In this document: positions 1 through 10,430 of the stretch, piece by piece
Numbering within the stretch: position 1 is the stretch's first letter
Layout of the letters: every line of letters starts with the position of its first letter
Origin: a bacterium
GTDB taxonomy: Bacteria; JAAXHH01
Assembly: GCA_965248395.1 (NCBI GenBank)
Contig: OZ252103.1
Location: 233,396 to 297,395, forward strand
Reading direction: 5' to 3'
DNA: 64,000 bases
Notes under the pieces: generated by a model
The model's input: only the letters and a program-made list of their open reading frames with translations
What the model was told of the DNA's origin: nothing
The model's database searches: none
Made by a program: the position numbers and the translations under genes

Positions 1-1110
1 CAAGCCTCTCTGAATCTGGCCTTCCCCCAAGAGTGGCAAAACCAATTAGATCGTTTGAACAGAGTACGCGCGGTTCATGGAACTACTGCCATCGAAGGAA
101 ACCCGCTTTCCGAAGCAGAGGTCTCCAAGCAAATGGAGTATCTTGATAAACTAACGCAGAATAGCGAAAGACTGCACGCAACTAGAGAACAACTTCAGAT
201 AAGGAACGCTGGTGAGGCTCAATCATGGGTAAGAGAACGGTTTGTCCCAGATAGTCGACCTCTTCACTTAGAAGACGTTTCTACAATGCACGAAATGATC
301 ACACGAGATTCTGATACTGTTAACAACACACCCGGTAGGCTACGCGGTTTTTCCGCAACTGTGGGTACACCTGAATTAGGAGGTGTCCATATAGGCGCAC
401 CCCACGATAGGTTATCGAATCTGATGCAGGACTATATCAATTTCATAAACTCCCCTTCCACTGAGAGGTACCATCCTGTTATTCAAGCCTTGCTCGCTCA
501 TTTTTTTCTCGTCACAATCCACCCCTTTAGGGATGGAAATGGAAGAGTCTCCCGACTTGTGGAAGCAGCCATTCTCTATCGGTTTGGCTATAATGTCCGT
601 GGCTTTTACGGACTCTCCAATTATTTCTACCTTCACGAGAGAGAATACAAGACAATCCTGCAACAGTGCCGGTATGATCAACCTTTCAATGTGACTCCTT
701 TTATTCAGTTTGGAGTGAAGGGATTTGTGAGTGAGCTCAAAGAGATAAACAACTTTGTAAAAACTAGAATCAACAGGTTGGTGTACCGCAACATGATGGT
801 ACAGGCAATTGATACCAAAACCGGCCCGCGAAGACGTCTCTTGAACCAAAGAGAATACAATTTGTTACTGTATCTGTTGAACGAGACGGAGCCTTTGGAT
901 CCCTTTTCCGATGACCCATCTAGAAGAGTTACACTATCGGAATTATGGGCAGACAGATACATTCGATCTGTATATCAGAGAGTCACCCTCAGGACATTTC
1001 AAAGGGAGTTGATAAGACTTGCTGATTTAGGATTTGTTTGTTTTAACAGGGACGATTCGATACAGGACTGGATTGTAGAACTCGACTTCGGGGCTATCGA
1101 AAAGTACTGA
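1..1110 (+). CDS. Fic family protein (class II, N-terminal inhibitory motif); 5' end probably outside window
   Basis: HPFRDGNGRVSR matches the Fic active-site motif HxFx(D/E)GNGRxxR. TTAIEG upstream fits the inhibitory [ST]xxxE[GN] helix. The frame is open from nt 1 to the first ATG at 55, and the upstream residues (LAFPQEWQNQLDRL) look like a Fic_N domain. The gene is visibly AT-richer than its neighbours. Confidence 0.8.
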   Translation, partial: QASLNLAFPQEWQNQLDRLNRVRAVHGTTAIEGNPLSEAEVSKQMEYLDKLTQNSERLHATREQLQIRNAGEAQSWVRERFVPDSRPLHLEDVSTMHEMITRDSDTVNNTPGRLRGFSATVGTPELGGVHIGAPHDRLSNLMQDYINFINSPSTERYHPVIQALLAHFFLVTIHPFRDGNGRVSRLVEAAILYRFGYNVRGFYGLSNYFYLHEREYKTILQQCRYDQPFNVTPFIQFGVKGFVSELKEINNFVKTRINRLVYRNMMVQAIDTKTGPRRRLLNQREYNLLLYLLNETEPLDPFSDDPSRRVTLSELWADRYIRSVYQRVTLRTFQRELIRLADLGFVCFNRDDSIQDWIVELDFGAIEKY

Positions 1111-2272
1111 CGCCGCCTGTCAACAGTTTCTCCAGCACTGCCGACGCGGACCGGCCTATCTGTTCAACGGAAGCCTGTTCACGGAATACCCGGTGACCGC
1201 CCTCGGCGATCTGGTCCAGCAGATTACGATTTTCGTGTAGCCGGCGTATTGCACCGGCCAGCGCATCGGGATCGCCGTGACGACACAGGATTGCGTTTTC
1301 ACCGTCGGTCAGCAGTTCCCGAATGGCCGGAGAGTCCGCCGTGATGACCGCCTTGCCCATTGCAAGGGCCACAAAAACTTTTCCCGGAATTACGCGGGCT
1401 GCCTTTTCAGTCGTACCGAAGATACCCAGGCATACACCAGGTCCCCGCAGGTAACGGGGGATATTTTCGTACGGAACCCATTCTGTAAATCGGACGTTGT
1501 CCAGGGCCAGTCTCCTCGCGGTCTCATGCATCTCATCGGACAACTGTCCCGATCCGATAAAATGAAAGACGATGTCCGGTTCGTCCCGGAGCCGCTGTGC
1601 CGCCTCCAGCATGAAGGGCAGCCCGTGCAGCGGGGTGAACTTGCCGATGAAAACGACCTGGAACTCCGTGTCCTCGTGCGGTTTCCGACTGGCCGGATCC
1701 CGTGTGACGTCCGGTTCCACCGCGCCGACGAAAACCCGTGCGAATCGGTTGCGCGGCAGGTTGAAAGTATCCACGAAGTAATCGATATGGGCGTCCGTGT
1801 CCAGCAACACGAGATCCGCCCTCGCGCAGGTCCACCGGTCCAGCCAACGCAGGAACCGGCTTATGAGCGTGCCGTCCGCGAAGGACCGTCGGTCGCAGAC
1901 CAGGGTGTCGTACAGGGAAATCAGGGGACTGAATACGAGGGGGCGCCGCGGCAGCCGGGTCAACAGCCACGCCAGCGGCATATCGAGCTGACCGATATAA
2001 CCTACGACCATCATATCGTATTTACCTATGGTGAAAATGTACTTGAATATCAGCCTCAGGTGGGCCAGCCTCAGTTCGATAGCGCGAAGAATCAACGAGA
2101 ACGGACCCAGGTACCTGCCGGTCTTGTTCCGTTCCTTCTCCCAGAGGGGCGTGTGACACTCCTGCACCTGCCAGCCTGAACGTCTCAGGCCTTCAATAAG
2201 CGTGCGGTTACGCAAGTAGTCGCGTTCGTAAGTGCCGAAGAAACAGATTCGCCCGGGTTGGTTGGGTGTCAT
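1094..2272 (-). CDS. glycosyltransferase, GT-B fold (GT4/GT1 family)
   Basis: 392-aa ORF with the typical GT4 C-terminal half (FIGKFTPLHGLPFMLEAA ... GIFGTTEKAARVIPGKVFVALAMGKAVI). It is convergent with fic and the 3' ends overlap. Confidence 0.7.
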   Translation of the reverse strand: MTPNQPGRICFFGTYERDYLRNRTLIEGLRRSGWQVQECHTPLWEKERNKTGRYLGPFSLILRAIELRLAHLRLIFKYIFTIGKYDMMVVGYIGQLDMPLAWLLTRLPRRPLVFSPLISLYDTLVCDRRSFADGTLISRFLRWLDRWTCARADLVLLDTDAHIDYFVDTFNLPRNRFARVFVGAVEPDVTRDPASRKPHEDTEFQVVFIGKFTPLHGLPFMLEAAQRLRDEPDIVFHFIGSGQLSDEMHETARRLALDNVRFTEWVPYENIPRYLRGPGVCLGIFGTTEKAARVIPGKVFVALAMGKAVITADSPAIRELLTDGENAILCRHGDPDALAGAIRRLHENRNLLDQIAEGGHRVFREQASVEQIGRSASAVLEKLLTGGVSTFR

Positions 2273-2346
2273 GATGTTCGCCGGTTTCCCTGGGAACTCG
2301 GATTGTCGTTGTCAGAAACACGTACCACGTGAATCCAAAGCGTTCC

Positions 2347-3306
2347 TCATTCCAGCCGTTCGTGGACGGCGTAGTCTTCCGTCCGCCGCGCCTGGTGGGC
2401 GATCATTTCCGCGATCAGGCCCATGGAGACCAGCTGGATGCCGAGGACCATCAAGAGCACGGAAAACTGGAGCAGGGGACGGGTTCCGATGCCGACACCG
2501 CTCAACCATAACCAGGTCAGGTAGAGGGCGATACCGAAACCCGTGCCAAGGGACAAAAGGCCGAAAGAACCAAAAAGATGCAGGGGACGCCGGGTGTAAT
2601 TCGACACGAAGTACACGGTCAGCAGGTCGAAGAAACCGTGGGTAAACCGTCCCAGTCCGAACTTGCTGCTCCCGTGCTTCCTGGGATGGTGCAGCACCGG
2701 CGTTTCCGTGACGCGGAAACCGGCCCAGTGCGCCAGCACCGGCAGGTACCGGTGGAGTTCTCCGTAAACGGGTATGGTCTCCACGACCTCCCTTCTGTAG
2801 GCTTTCAAGCCGCAGTTGAAGTCGTGCAGCCGCAGGCCGCTGACGATTCCCGTGACCCAGTTGAACAGCTTCGACGGGAGTCGCTTTGAAAGGGGATCCT
2901 TCCGGTCCTTCTTCCACCCGGAGACCAGGTCATAGCCCTCTCCGAGCAGGTCCACCATGCCGGGCACCTCTGCGGGATCGTCCTGCAGATCGGCGTCCAT
3001 GGTCACGACCGCATCGCCGTGAACCGCCTCGAAACCGACGGCCAGCGCCGCGGACTTGCCGTAGTTCCGGCGGAACCGGATGGCCCTGACCCGGTCGTCG
3101 TTCTCCCGGAGCCGGCGTATCGTCTCGAAGGACCCGTCCCGGCTGCCGTCGTCGACGAAGAGCACTTCGAAGGAGGCGCCAGCCTCTTCGAGGGCGGCCA
3201 CGATGCGCTGGTACAGTTCCGGCAGGCTCTCCGCTTCGTTGAACAGGGGGACTACGATGGATACGTCTACCCTGTCATTCGACTTCGCCTGGTTCTCATA
3301 CGACAT
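2347..3306 (-). CDS. GT2 polyprenol-phosphate glycosyltransferase (DPM1/GtrB/ArnC-like) with C-terminal TM helices
   Basis: VSIVVPLFNEAESLPEL...VLFVDDGSRDGS...TMDADLQDDP are GT2 DXD-type motifs. Two C-terminal hydrophobic helices match the GtrB/ArnC layout. Confidence 0.75.
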   Translation of the reverse strand: MSYENQAKSNDRVDVSIVVPLFNEAESLPELYQRIVAALEEAGASFEVLFVDDGSRDGSFETIRRLRENDDRVRAIRFRRNYGKSAALAVGFEAVHGDAVVTMDADLQDDPAEVPGMVDLLGEGYDLVSGWKKDRKDPLSKRLPSKLFNWVTGIVSGLRLHDFNCGLKAYRREVVETIPVYGELHRYLPVLAHWAGFRVTETPVLHHPRKHGSSKFGLGRFTHGFFDLLTVYFVSNYTRRPLHLFGSFGLLSLGTGFGIALYLTWLWLSGVGIGTRPLLQFSVLLMVLGIQLVSMGLIAEMIAHQARRTEDYAVHERLE

Positions 3307-4423
3307 CTGTGCTTCCCCCCATAGTACGCTGGATCATCCGCAGCGTCTGCCGGGCCGTATCCTCCCAGGTGTAACGCCTGCTTCTCGCCAGGGCGTTCCG
3401 GGCAAGCCGTTCGCGCTCATCCGGATCGCGCAACAACCCGATCAACGCGCGCGCCATGGCTTCCCGGTCCCCAAGGGGGGTCAACAAGCCCGTCTCCCCG
3501 TCAACCACGGCGTCGCGAAGTCCGGGTACCCGGGTAGCCACCACCGGGACGCCGCAGGCATTGGCCTCGATCACCGTAATGCCCCATCCTTCCTTACTTG
3601 AAGGGTAGGCCGCCAATTCGGCTCGTATCAGCAGGCGTATTTTCTCCTCTTCGGATACGTACCCGGTGAACTCTACCACCTCTCCCAGGCCCATGGACCG
3701 GGTCAGCGCCTCCAGTGCGCGCCGCCTGTCACCCGTGCCCACGATCATCAATCGCGCTCCGGGAACCTCCTCGCGAACGATGGCCATGGCCTGGATCAGG
3801 TGGTCCACGTTCTTGTACTTTTTAAGACGCCCGAGGTAAACTATCAACCCGGGATCCTTCCTGTCCGTATCTTTGCGGCCTTCGAAGATCCGGGTATCCA
3901 GTCCGTTGTGCACCACGCTGATCCGGTCCGTCGAGATCCCCATGCGGACGAGTTCGTCGCGGCAGCTTTCCGATACCACTTCAATGAGACAACGCCGGTA
4001 CACCCGTGGAATCAGCCGTTCCATCAGGTAGAGGTACGTTGCGGCCACGGGATTGGTTTCCCGGTAGAACGTCGAACCGAAGAGATGGTGCAGCAGGACC
4101 ATCACCGGGGGGTCCTTTATAAACCAGGGAAGCAGGAACGGGATCTTGTTGAGGTCTTCGACTACGACGTCGAAGGACCGGTGGGAGAGGTGCCTGCGAT
4201 AGAACCACGGGACGGTCAGGTTGAACGTCCACTTCCCGCCGTACCGGATAATCTCGATCCCGTCTATGTGGTCGAATTCCCTGGCGCCGGGGAACCTGCA
4301 GCAGAGCAAGGTAACCTGGTGCCCCAGCCCGGCGATCCGCGTAAAGGTCTCGTGCAGATGTACTTCGGCCCCGCCCGCTTCCGGGTTTTGGATATCCCTC
4401 CAGTTGATGACCAGTATGCGCAT
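3296..4423 (-). CDS. glycosyltransferase family 4
   Basis: MRILVINWRD...EGWGITVIEANACGVPVVATRVPGLRDAV is the GT4 E-x7-E region. The start overlaps the GT2 gene by 11 nt, so they are probably co-transcribed. Confidence 0.75.
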   Translation of the reverse strand: MRILVINWRDIQNPEAGGAEVHLHETFTRIAGLGHQVTLLCCRFPGAREFDHIDGIEIIRYGGKWTFNLTVPWFYRRHLSHRSFDVVVEDLNKIPFLLPWFIKDPPVMVLLHHLFGSTFYRETNPVAATYLYLMERLIPRVYRRCLIEVVSESCRDELVRMGISTDRISVVHNGLDTRIFEGRKDTDRKDPGLIVYLGRLKKYKNVDHLIQAMAIVREEVPGARLMIVGTGDRRRALEALTRSMGLGEVVEFTGYVSEEEKIRLLIRAELAAYPSSKEGWGITVIEANACGVPVVATRVPGLRDAVVDGETGLLTPLGDREAMARALIGLLRDPDERERLARNALARSRRYTWEDTARQTLRMIQRTMGGSTDVV

Positions 4424-4505
4424 TTACATAAACCGGTGAAATGCCGACACCAGGCCGCGGGGCGGCGACGCGCCCAATGCATTCCGGGTAGCGAACACGG
4501 CACGG

Positions 4506-7214
4506 CTAGGGGTCGGTCGACTCCGTACTCGGTCCGAGTTCCTCGATCATGGCCTTTACGACGGAATCCCCCGGCGCGATCCGTTGCCACCGCTCGAGCG
4601 TCTCCAGCACACGATCGGTATCGTTCAGCTGGTAGTACAGGTTAACCAGCTGGTCGTAACCCGTCGGGTATTCGGGGTAAGCAGCCACGCCTCGTTCCAG
4701 CAGCGCGGCGGCCTCTTCCTCCCGTCCCTCTTTTCGCATGGCCTGGCTCAGGGCGGTGTAACCGTCGAACGTATTGTAGTCTCCGGCCAGTTCGGACGCG
4801 TAGCGTTCGACCTCGGCAAACACCCCCTTGTCGGCGTGGAACTGGATGAGCATCAGTCGCTCCAGCACGCCGTTGCTGATATTGTACTCCAGGTACTTCT
4901 CGATGGCCGCGATAGCCTGATCGGTTTCGCCCCTTTTCCAGCGGTTGAGCGCCAGTTGATGGAAGGACACCGTATAATTGCGAAGCAGCGTGCGGATCTG
5001 CCTGTCCTTGTAGACCTCCGGATCCGCTATGCCCCGGTACTGGTAGACGTTCCAGAGATTGTGCTCGGTCCTGTCCAGGTCCATCAGGTCCGGGTTGGGG
5101 TTCTGCACGACCCGCCAGACCATGCCTTCCAGTTGCATGTGCTCGTCCAGGCCCACGTCGTTCTCCGGCGAGACGGTCACGGCGAAGAAGACGGGTTTCT
5201 CCCAGTTGTTCTGTTCCAGTATGTGCAGGATCATCAGGTCCTGGACCCTGAGATAACCGATGTCTTCTCCCAGCGTGCCTGCCCTGGGTACGGTCCAGGA
5301 AATACCGGCGATCTCCACCTCCCGGTCGTTCCACCCCTGGACGGAGAGCACGTCGATGGTTTCGTCGGCCAGGGTGATCGGTACCCTGGGTTCCTGGTTT
5401 TTCAATTGCTTGATGTACCAGTTGGTGTTGAGGAGACTGAGATTGATTACGCGCACATCCTTGCGTATGCCTTCCACTTCCTGGAGAAACCACAGGGTAA
5501 AGGTGTCGTTGTCCCCATTGGTGAAGATGAGTCCGTTTTCGTCGCACGACTGCAGGATGTTGTAGGCGTAGTCGTACGGGATGTAGTTGCCCTCGCGGGA
5601 GTGGGATTCGTAATGATAGGAGAAAGGAACCAGAGGCAGGGCGACCGCCAACACCGCGATACCGGCCATACCTTTATCCACGGGCAGCTTCAACCGGCTC
5701 AGCCAGACGCCGATTTGTGCCAGCAGCGCCCGGAGACCGATGCCCATCAGCACCGCGGCGAAGACGAAGGCCGGCGTATAGAAGTAGTCCCGGATGCGGA
5801 CCTCCCGCTGTATACCGCGCGAACCGTCTGAAAAGTTCAGGTACAGGATCAGGCCGATGCTGCACGTAAGCAGCATGGCGACCAGGAACGCCGTGCTGCG
5901 CCGGTCCCGCTCCATCTGCGCGACGAGCCCCAGGGCAATAAGCAGTACTGGAAAGAGCCAGTAGGGGAAGGACGGGTCGCTGAACTGCCGCGAAAAGAAC
6001 CTCCAGAACCCCATGTTTTCGCCATTGCCGAACTGGGAAGACCAGCTGCCCTTGCGATTGAACAGGGATTCGAACATACTAGACTGGCCGTATTGCTTGC
6101 GTTCCAGGAATCCCTCGAAATTCTTCCAGTTCGAAGGATCATTCTCATTGATTACCGGTTGCTGGGCCGCCCGTATCGGCACATAGAAGTTTACGGAATA
6201 TCCCAATACGGCGAGACAGAGCACGATCGCCCAGAACGGCCACCTGTACCGGCCGGAATCGCCGGCCGTGGCCGAGACCAGGGCGAGGGCCGCGCTCACC
6301 AGCGCCAGGCTGAACATGACCGTTCCCCATGTGGCCTCGAATCCGCCGATTTCGATCAGTGGAAGTCCGTTGTATCCGCCCACGCCTTCCATGCCGAAAA
6401 ACATCACGGCGACGGCCAGGATGAACGCCAGCAGCAGAAAGCCCCAAGGCAATCGTCCCCTGGACAGGATCAGTCCGGCGATGGCGAGTGGAACCGCGAT
6501 GAAAAACACGTCGATGGAAGCCACGACGCTGAACAGGATAAGGCCCATCACGGCGCTCAGCAGGATCAGTTTCCGGTTCGACCGGACGACCCGGTCCGTA
6601 AAGACCACGCACAGGAACGCGGCAGGCAGGACCAGCATGGTAAACATGTGCACGGCGATGCCGAGAAAGGCCAGGTAGGCGACCAGGAAGAGATATCGCT
6701 CGCTGCCGCTTTGCTCATGCCTTTCGATCCAGTGCAGGATCAACCAGGTGCAGGCCATCATGATCATCATGGAAAGCGCGTAAACTTCGGCTTCGACCGC
6801 GTTGAACCAGAAAGTATCGGAGAAGGCCAGCAGAAGCGCGCCGGTCAGGGCACTGCAACAGACGACCACGCTTTCGTACAGGGACAGTCCATCCCGGTCC
6901 TGGTTGAGCGTAACCGCCTTCACGATGACCAGGTAAACGGCCGTCACGGTCAGTGCGCTGAACAGGGACGAAGAGAAATTCACCAGCCACGCGATACCCA
7001 TACCCAGGTCGGGCAGTATGGAAAAAAGCCGGCCGATCAGGATGTACAGCGGGGAGCCGGGCGGATGGGGTATGCCCAGGATATAGGAAGCCGCGATGAA
7101 TTCACCCCCGTCCCAGAAGGGCACGGTGGGCGCTATGGTCCTGGTATACGCGGCCAGCGAGACGATGAATGCGGCCGCCATGCCGATCATGGAGACAACG
7201 CGATGTACACCCAT
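4506..7214 (-). CDS. DUF2723/GT-C-like polytopic membrane protein with C-terminal TPR repeats (protein O-mannosyltransferase-like)
   Basis: 902 aa. The N-terminal FWDGGEFIAAS motif is typical of DUF2723. There are many TM segments and a soluble TPR-like tail (YYQLNDTDRVLETLERWQRIAPGD). Confidence 0.6.
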   Translation of the reverse strand: MGVHRVVSMIGMAAAFIVSLAAYTRTIAPTVPFWDGGEFIAASYILGIPHPPGSPLYILIGRLFSILPDLGMGIAWLVNFSSSLFSALTVTAVYLVIVKAVTLNQDRDGLSLYESVVVCCSALTGALLLAFSDTFWFNAVEAEVYALSMMIMMACTWLILHWIERHEQSGSERYLFLVAYLAFLGIAVHMFTMLVLPAAFLCVVFTDRVVRSNRKLILLSAVMGLILFSVVASIDVFFIAVPLAIAGLILSRGRLPWGFLLLAFILAVAVMFFGMEGVGGYNGLPLIEIGGFEATWGTVMFSLALVSAALALVSATAGDSGRYRWPFWAIVLCLAVLGYSVNFYVPIRAAQQPVINENDPSNWKNFEGFLERKQYGQSSMFESLFNRKGSWSSQFGNGENMGFWRFFSRQFSDPSFPYWLFPVLLIALGLVAQMERDRRSTAFLVAMLLTCSIGLILYLNFSDGSRGIQREVRIRDYFYTPAFVFAAVLMGIGLRALLAQIGVWLSRLKLPVDKGMAGIAVLAVALPLVPFSYHYESHSREGNYIPYDYAYNILQSCDENGLIFTNGDNDTFTLWFLQEVEGIRKDVRVINLSLLNTNWYIKQLKNQEPRVPITLADETIDVLSVQGWNDREVEIAGISWTVPRAGTLGEDIGYLRVQDLMILHILEQNNWEKPVFFAVTVSPENDVGLDEHMQLEGMVWRVVQNPNPDLMDLDRTEHNLWNVYQYRGIADPEVYKDRQIRTLLRNYTVSFHQLALNRWKRGETDQAIAAIEKYLEYNISNGVLERLMLIQFHADKGVFAEVERYASELAGDYNTFDGYTALSQAMRKEGREEEAAALLERGVAAYPEYPTGYDQLVNLYYQLNDTDRVLETLERWQRIAPGDSVVKAMIEELGPSTESTDP

Positions 7215-7307
7215 GTTCTATGAGTCCTCTATAGTTCCTTTATCCATCGAGACGGTACGATATTCTTTATCGAACGGTACGCTTTTGGCGCGCGACAAAG
7301 CCGGTGT

Positions 7308-8045
7308 TCATCTGCCGTACGCGAGACGCTCGGCGAGCATATCGGGCAGACCGGCGGCGCGGATCTTCCGTTGCGCGGTATCCATATCGTAGGAAACCCG
7401 CTTGATTTCGACGCGTACCTCCCCAGTATCGTAAACACAGTAAGCCGCCCGGGGATCCTCGTCCCGCGGCTGGCCGACACTGCCGACGTTCACGATATAT
7501 CGACATCCCGGCGCCAGTCGATGTACCTGGGCCGGGATCTGTCTGCATCGATCCTCCGCCGGGTCCAGTTCGAATATGCCGGGCGTGTGCGTGTGGCCGA
7601 TTACGCAGATCGTTATGCCGCCGGGCAGCGCGCCGAATCCTTCGTCCACCCCGCCGGGAGACGTAAGATAGATCCATTCCTCGGGGTTGGCCGGGCTCGC
7701 GTGGACGGCGAACAGATCGTCGATGCGCCGCGTGTAGGGCAGTTCTCCAAGGTAGCGGCGTGCCGCGGGCGTCAGTTGCCGCATCGTCCACAATGCCGCT
7801 TCCGCCGCAAAGTGGTTGAAAGAGGTGATATCCAGCTTGCCGATTGCGGCATGGTCGTGATTGCCGGCGATCACCTCGGTAGTCAACGCGATCACGCGGT
7901 CGAGACACTCATTGGGGTTGGCGCCGTATCCGACGATGTCTCCCAGACAGAGATACCGGTCTATTCCCTCTTCGGTCAGCGCTTCGAGGACGGCATCCAG
8001 CGCCTCCAGGTTGCCGTGTATGTCGGATAGTATGCCGTAACGCAC
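7308..8045 (-). CDS. metallophosphoesterase (calcineurin-like)
   Basis: The MPP motifs LSDIHGN, GDIVGYG, GNHDH and GHTH are all present. Confidence 0.75.
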   Translation of the reverse strand: MRYGILSDIHGNLEALDAVLEALTEEGIDRYLCLGDIVGYGANPNECLDRVIALTTEVIAGNHDHAAIGKLDITSFNHFAAEAALWTMRQLTPAARRYLGELPYTRRIDDLFAVHASPANPEEWIYLTSPGGVDEGFGALPGGITICVIGHTHTPGIFELDPAEDRCRQIPAQVHRLAPGCRYIVNVGSVGQPRDEDPRAAYCVYDTGEVRVEIKRVSYDMDTAQRKIRAAGLPDMLAERLAYGR

Positions 8046-8094
8046 TTATCGGGCTCATTCCCTATATATTCGCTGGTATGCCGGAAGGGTGGGA

Positions 8095-8523
8095 TCACGT
8101 CTGATCAGTCGTCGTGAGGTGTCTCGCGGCCACGGCGTCCAGAACGCCGTTAACGAAACCACCGGACTGTTCCGTGCTGTACTTCTTGGCCAGTTCGATC
8201 GCTTCGTTGATGGAAACCGCCGTCGGAATATCGAGAAAGGCGATGAGTTCGCAGGCGCCCAACCGGAGGATGCAGTCGTCGATTCGGGCAACGCGGTTCC
8301 TGTCCCAGTGACGCACCACCGCGGTGATGTGCCGGTCCACGATTTCGTCGTGTTTGCGGAGCTGGTCGATCAGCAGTTCGGCGAACTGCCGGGCGTTCGG
8401 CGATGCCAGGGACCATCCAGGCAGTCTCGGTAGGGCCTTGCCGGGATCGTCCCCGGTCTGTTCGGCGAGATAAAGCGACTGCAGCGCCAGTTCACGACCG
8501 AGGCGGCGTTCCCCTGCGCGCAC
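8095..8523 (-). CDS. nusB: transcription antitermination factor NusB
   Basis: RELALQSLYLAEQTGD ... INEAIELAKKYSTEQSGGFVNGVLD is NusB-like. The ORF start is trimmed to a GTG just after the ribH stop. It is the last gene of the rib operon. Confidence 0.75.
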   Translation of the reverse strand: MRAGERRLGRELALQSLYLAEQTGDDPGKALPRLPGWSLASPNARQFAELLIDQLRKHDEIVDRHITAVVRHWDRNRVARIDDCILRLGACELIAFLDIPTAVSINEAIELAKKYSTEQSGGFVNGVLDAVAARHLTTTDQT

Positions 8524-8525
8524 AT

Positions 8526-9032
8526 TCACTCCGGTTCCCTCGGTCCGCCTGGTCCGCCTGGTCCGCTTAGGCGGCGCATCAAGTCCGCCATTTCCAGGGC
8601 GGCCAGCGCGGCATCCCATCCTTTGTTGCCCGCCTTCGTTCCGGCGCGTTCGATAGCCTGTTCGATGTTTTCCGTGGTCAACACGCCGAAGATCACCGGG
8701 ACCCCGGTTTCCCGGGCGGCCGCGGAGATTCCCCTGGCGGCTTCACCGGCCACGTATTCGAAATGGGGCGTGGCGCCGCGGATGACGCATCCCAGGCAGA
8801 TCACGGCGTCGTAGCTTCCACTTTCCGCCATTTTTTTTGCTGTCAGCGGAATCTCGAAGGCGCCGGGCACCCATACCACGTCGATCCGATCGTCGTCGAC
8901 CCCGTGGCGACGGAGCCCGTCCAGCGCGCCCTTGAGCAGGGATTCGCTGATGAAGCCATTGAAACGGCCTGCCACGATACCGTACCGGTCGTTTCCGCCG
9001 TTGACCAGGCTGCCTTCAATAGTTTTCGTCAC
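8526..9032 (-). CDS. ribH: 6,7-dimethyl-8-ribityllumazine synthase, with an unusual Gly/Pro-rich C-terminal tail
   Basis: GRFNGFI...[10 protein letters not shown]...[12 protein letters not shown] is the lumazine synthase signature. The tail [12 protein letters not shown] is encoded by 3 tandem GGTCCGCCT units. Confidence 0.9.
   Translation of the reverse strand: MTKTIEGSLVNGGNDRYGIVAGRFNGFISESLLKGALDGLRRHGVDDDRIDVVWVPGAFEIPLTAKKMAESGSYDAVICLGCVIRGATPHFEYVAGEAARGISAAARETGVPVIFGVLTTENIEQAIERAGTKAGNKGWDAALAALEMADLMRRLSGPGGPGGPREPE
8542..8568. repeat. 3 tandem copies of the 9-bp unit GGTCCGCCT (third copy GGTCCGCTT) inside the ribH 3' end
   Basis: Direct reading gives ggtccgcct ggtccgcct ggtccgctt. 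The same 9-mer period recurs at 45724-45813. Confidence 0.6.
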
Positions 9033-9100
9033 GTACTCGCTCCTTGTCGATCATTCCCGTTCGCCCGGATCTCATTTCATCGCAGTCCGGACGGGTGAAA

Positions 9101-10360
9101 TCACAGTAGGCTGTCGAAACCGACGTCTTCCGGGGGTTCCTCGAGGTCGAGCAGGTGGCCGAGCTTGCCGCGCTTGGTCTTTAGATATCCGACGTTGTAC
9201 CGGTTCGGCGACGTCTGCAGCGGGACACGCTCCGTAACGTCGAGGCCGTAACCCTCGATCCCGATCCGCTTCGACGGATTGTTGGTCATGATCCTGATCG
9301 TGGTCAAGCCCAGGTCCGCCAGGATCTGGGAACCGATCCCGTAGTCGCGCGCGTCCACGGGCAGGCCCAGCGCCTGGTTCGCTTCCACGGTGTCATGGCC
9401 CTGGTCCTGGAGGGCGTAGGCCCTGAGCTTGTTGGCCAGTCCGATGCCCCGGCCCTCCTGGCGCATGTAGAGGAGCACGCCGCGGCCCTCGGCGCTGATG
9501 CGCTTGAGCGCCTGCTGCAGCTGATCGCCGCAGTCGCATCGCATGGACCCGAAAACGTCCCCCGTAAGACACTGGGAGTGAACGCGGACGAGCACGTCCT
9601 TCTCGCCGTCCACGTCTCCCTTGACCAGGGCGACGTGGTGATCACCGGTCAGTTCGTCTTCGAACAGGTGCGACTCGAATTCGCCGTATTTGCTCGGGAT
9701 GGTCGTCGTGACCAGCCGTTTGACGAGTTTCTCGCTGCCACGCCGGTATGCTATCAGGTCCCTTATGGTAATGATCTTCAGGTTATGTTCATTCGCGATC
9801 TCGACCAGCCGCGGCAGACGGGCCATGGATCCGTCATCGTCCATGATTTCGCAAAGCACGCCCGCGGGATAGAGCCCGGCCAGCCGCATCAGATCGACGG
9901 TCGCCTCGGTATGGCCAGCCCGCCGCAACACGCCGCCATCGAAAGCCTGCAGGGGAAAGATATGACCCGGCCGCGCCAGGTCATCGGGCTTGCTGTCCGG
10001 GCGGACGAACACCTGGACCGTCTCGGCGCGGTCCGCCGCCGAAATGCCCGAGGTCGTACCGTTGACGGCGTCCACAGATACGGTGAAGCGCGTGCCCAGC
10101 AGCGCCGTGTTGACCTCTTCACCGACCATGGCGGGCACCTTCAGTTCTTCCAGCCGGTCGCGGGTGGTCGGAAGGCAGATCAATCCCCGGCCATAACGGG
10201 CCATGAAATTAATGGCCGCCGGAGTTGTTCTTTCGGCGGCCATGATAAAATCGCCTTCGTTTTCGCGGTCTTCGTCGTCGATGACTATCAGTATGCGCCC
10301 GGCCTTGATCTCTTCGATGGCTTCCGGGATGGAACTAAAGGGGGACGACATGCGGTTCAA
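9101..10360 (-). CDS. ribBA: bifunctional 3,4-dihydroxy-2-butanone-4-phosphate synthase / GTP cyclohydrolase II
   Basis: The N-terminal DHBP synthase motifs ([10 protein letters not shown]) and the C-terminal GTP cyclohydrolase II zinc motif (CxCxxxxC, here [15 protein letters not shown]) are both present. Confidence 0.9.
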   Translation of the reverse strand: MNRMSSPFSSIPEAIEEIKAGRILIVIDDEDRENEGDFIMAAERTTPAAINFMARYGRGLICLPTTRDRLEELKVPAMVGEEVNTALLGTRFTVSVDAVNGTTSGISAADRAETVQVFVRPDSKPDDLARPGHIFPLQAFDGGVLRRAGHTEATVDLMRLAGLYPAGVLCEIMDDDGSMARLPRLVEIANEHNLKIITIRDLIAYRRGSEKLVKRLVTTTIPSKYGEFESHLFEDELTGDHHVALVKGDVDGEKDVLVRVHSQCLTGDVFGSMRCDCGDQLQQALKRISAEGRGVLLYMRQEGRGIGLANKLRAYALQDQGHDTVEANQALGLPVDARDYGIGSQILADLGLTTIRIMTNNPSKRIGIEGYGLDVTERVPLQTSPNRYNVGYLKTKRGKLGHLLDLEEPPEDVGFDSLL

Positions 10361-10430
10361 CCGTTTTTTCGGTTACCCGGTCACGGCGCGTCCCGGTCAA
10401 TAATGGGACCGTCGCCGGGTCGTGCCGACG

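Noticed and set aside
4584-7223. Long plus-strand ORFs (415 aa and 376 aa) inside the DUF2723 gene
   Set aside because: They lie antisense to a well-supported 902-aa gene. Low-complexity Gly/Arg/His-rich translations are typical of high-GC antisense frames.
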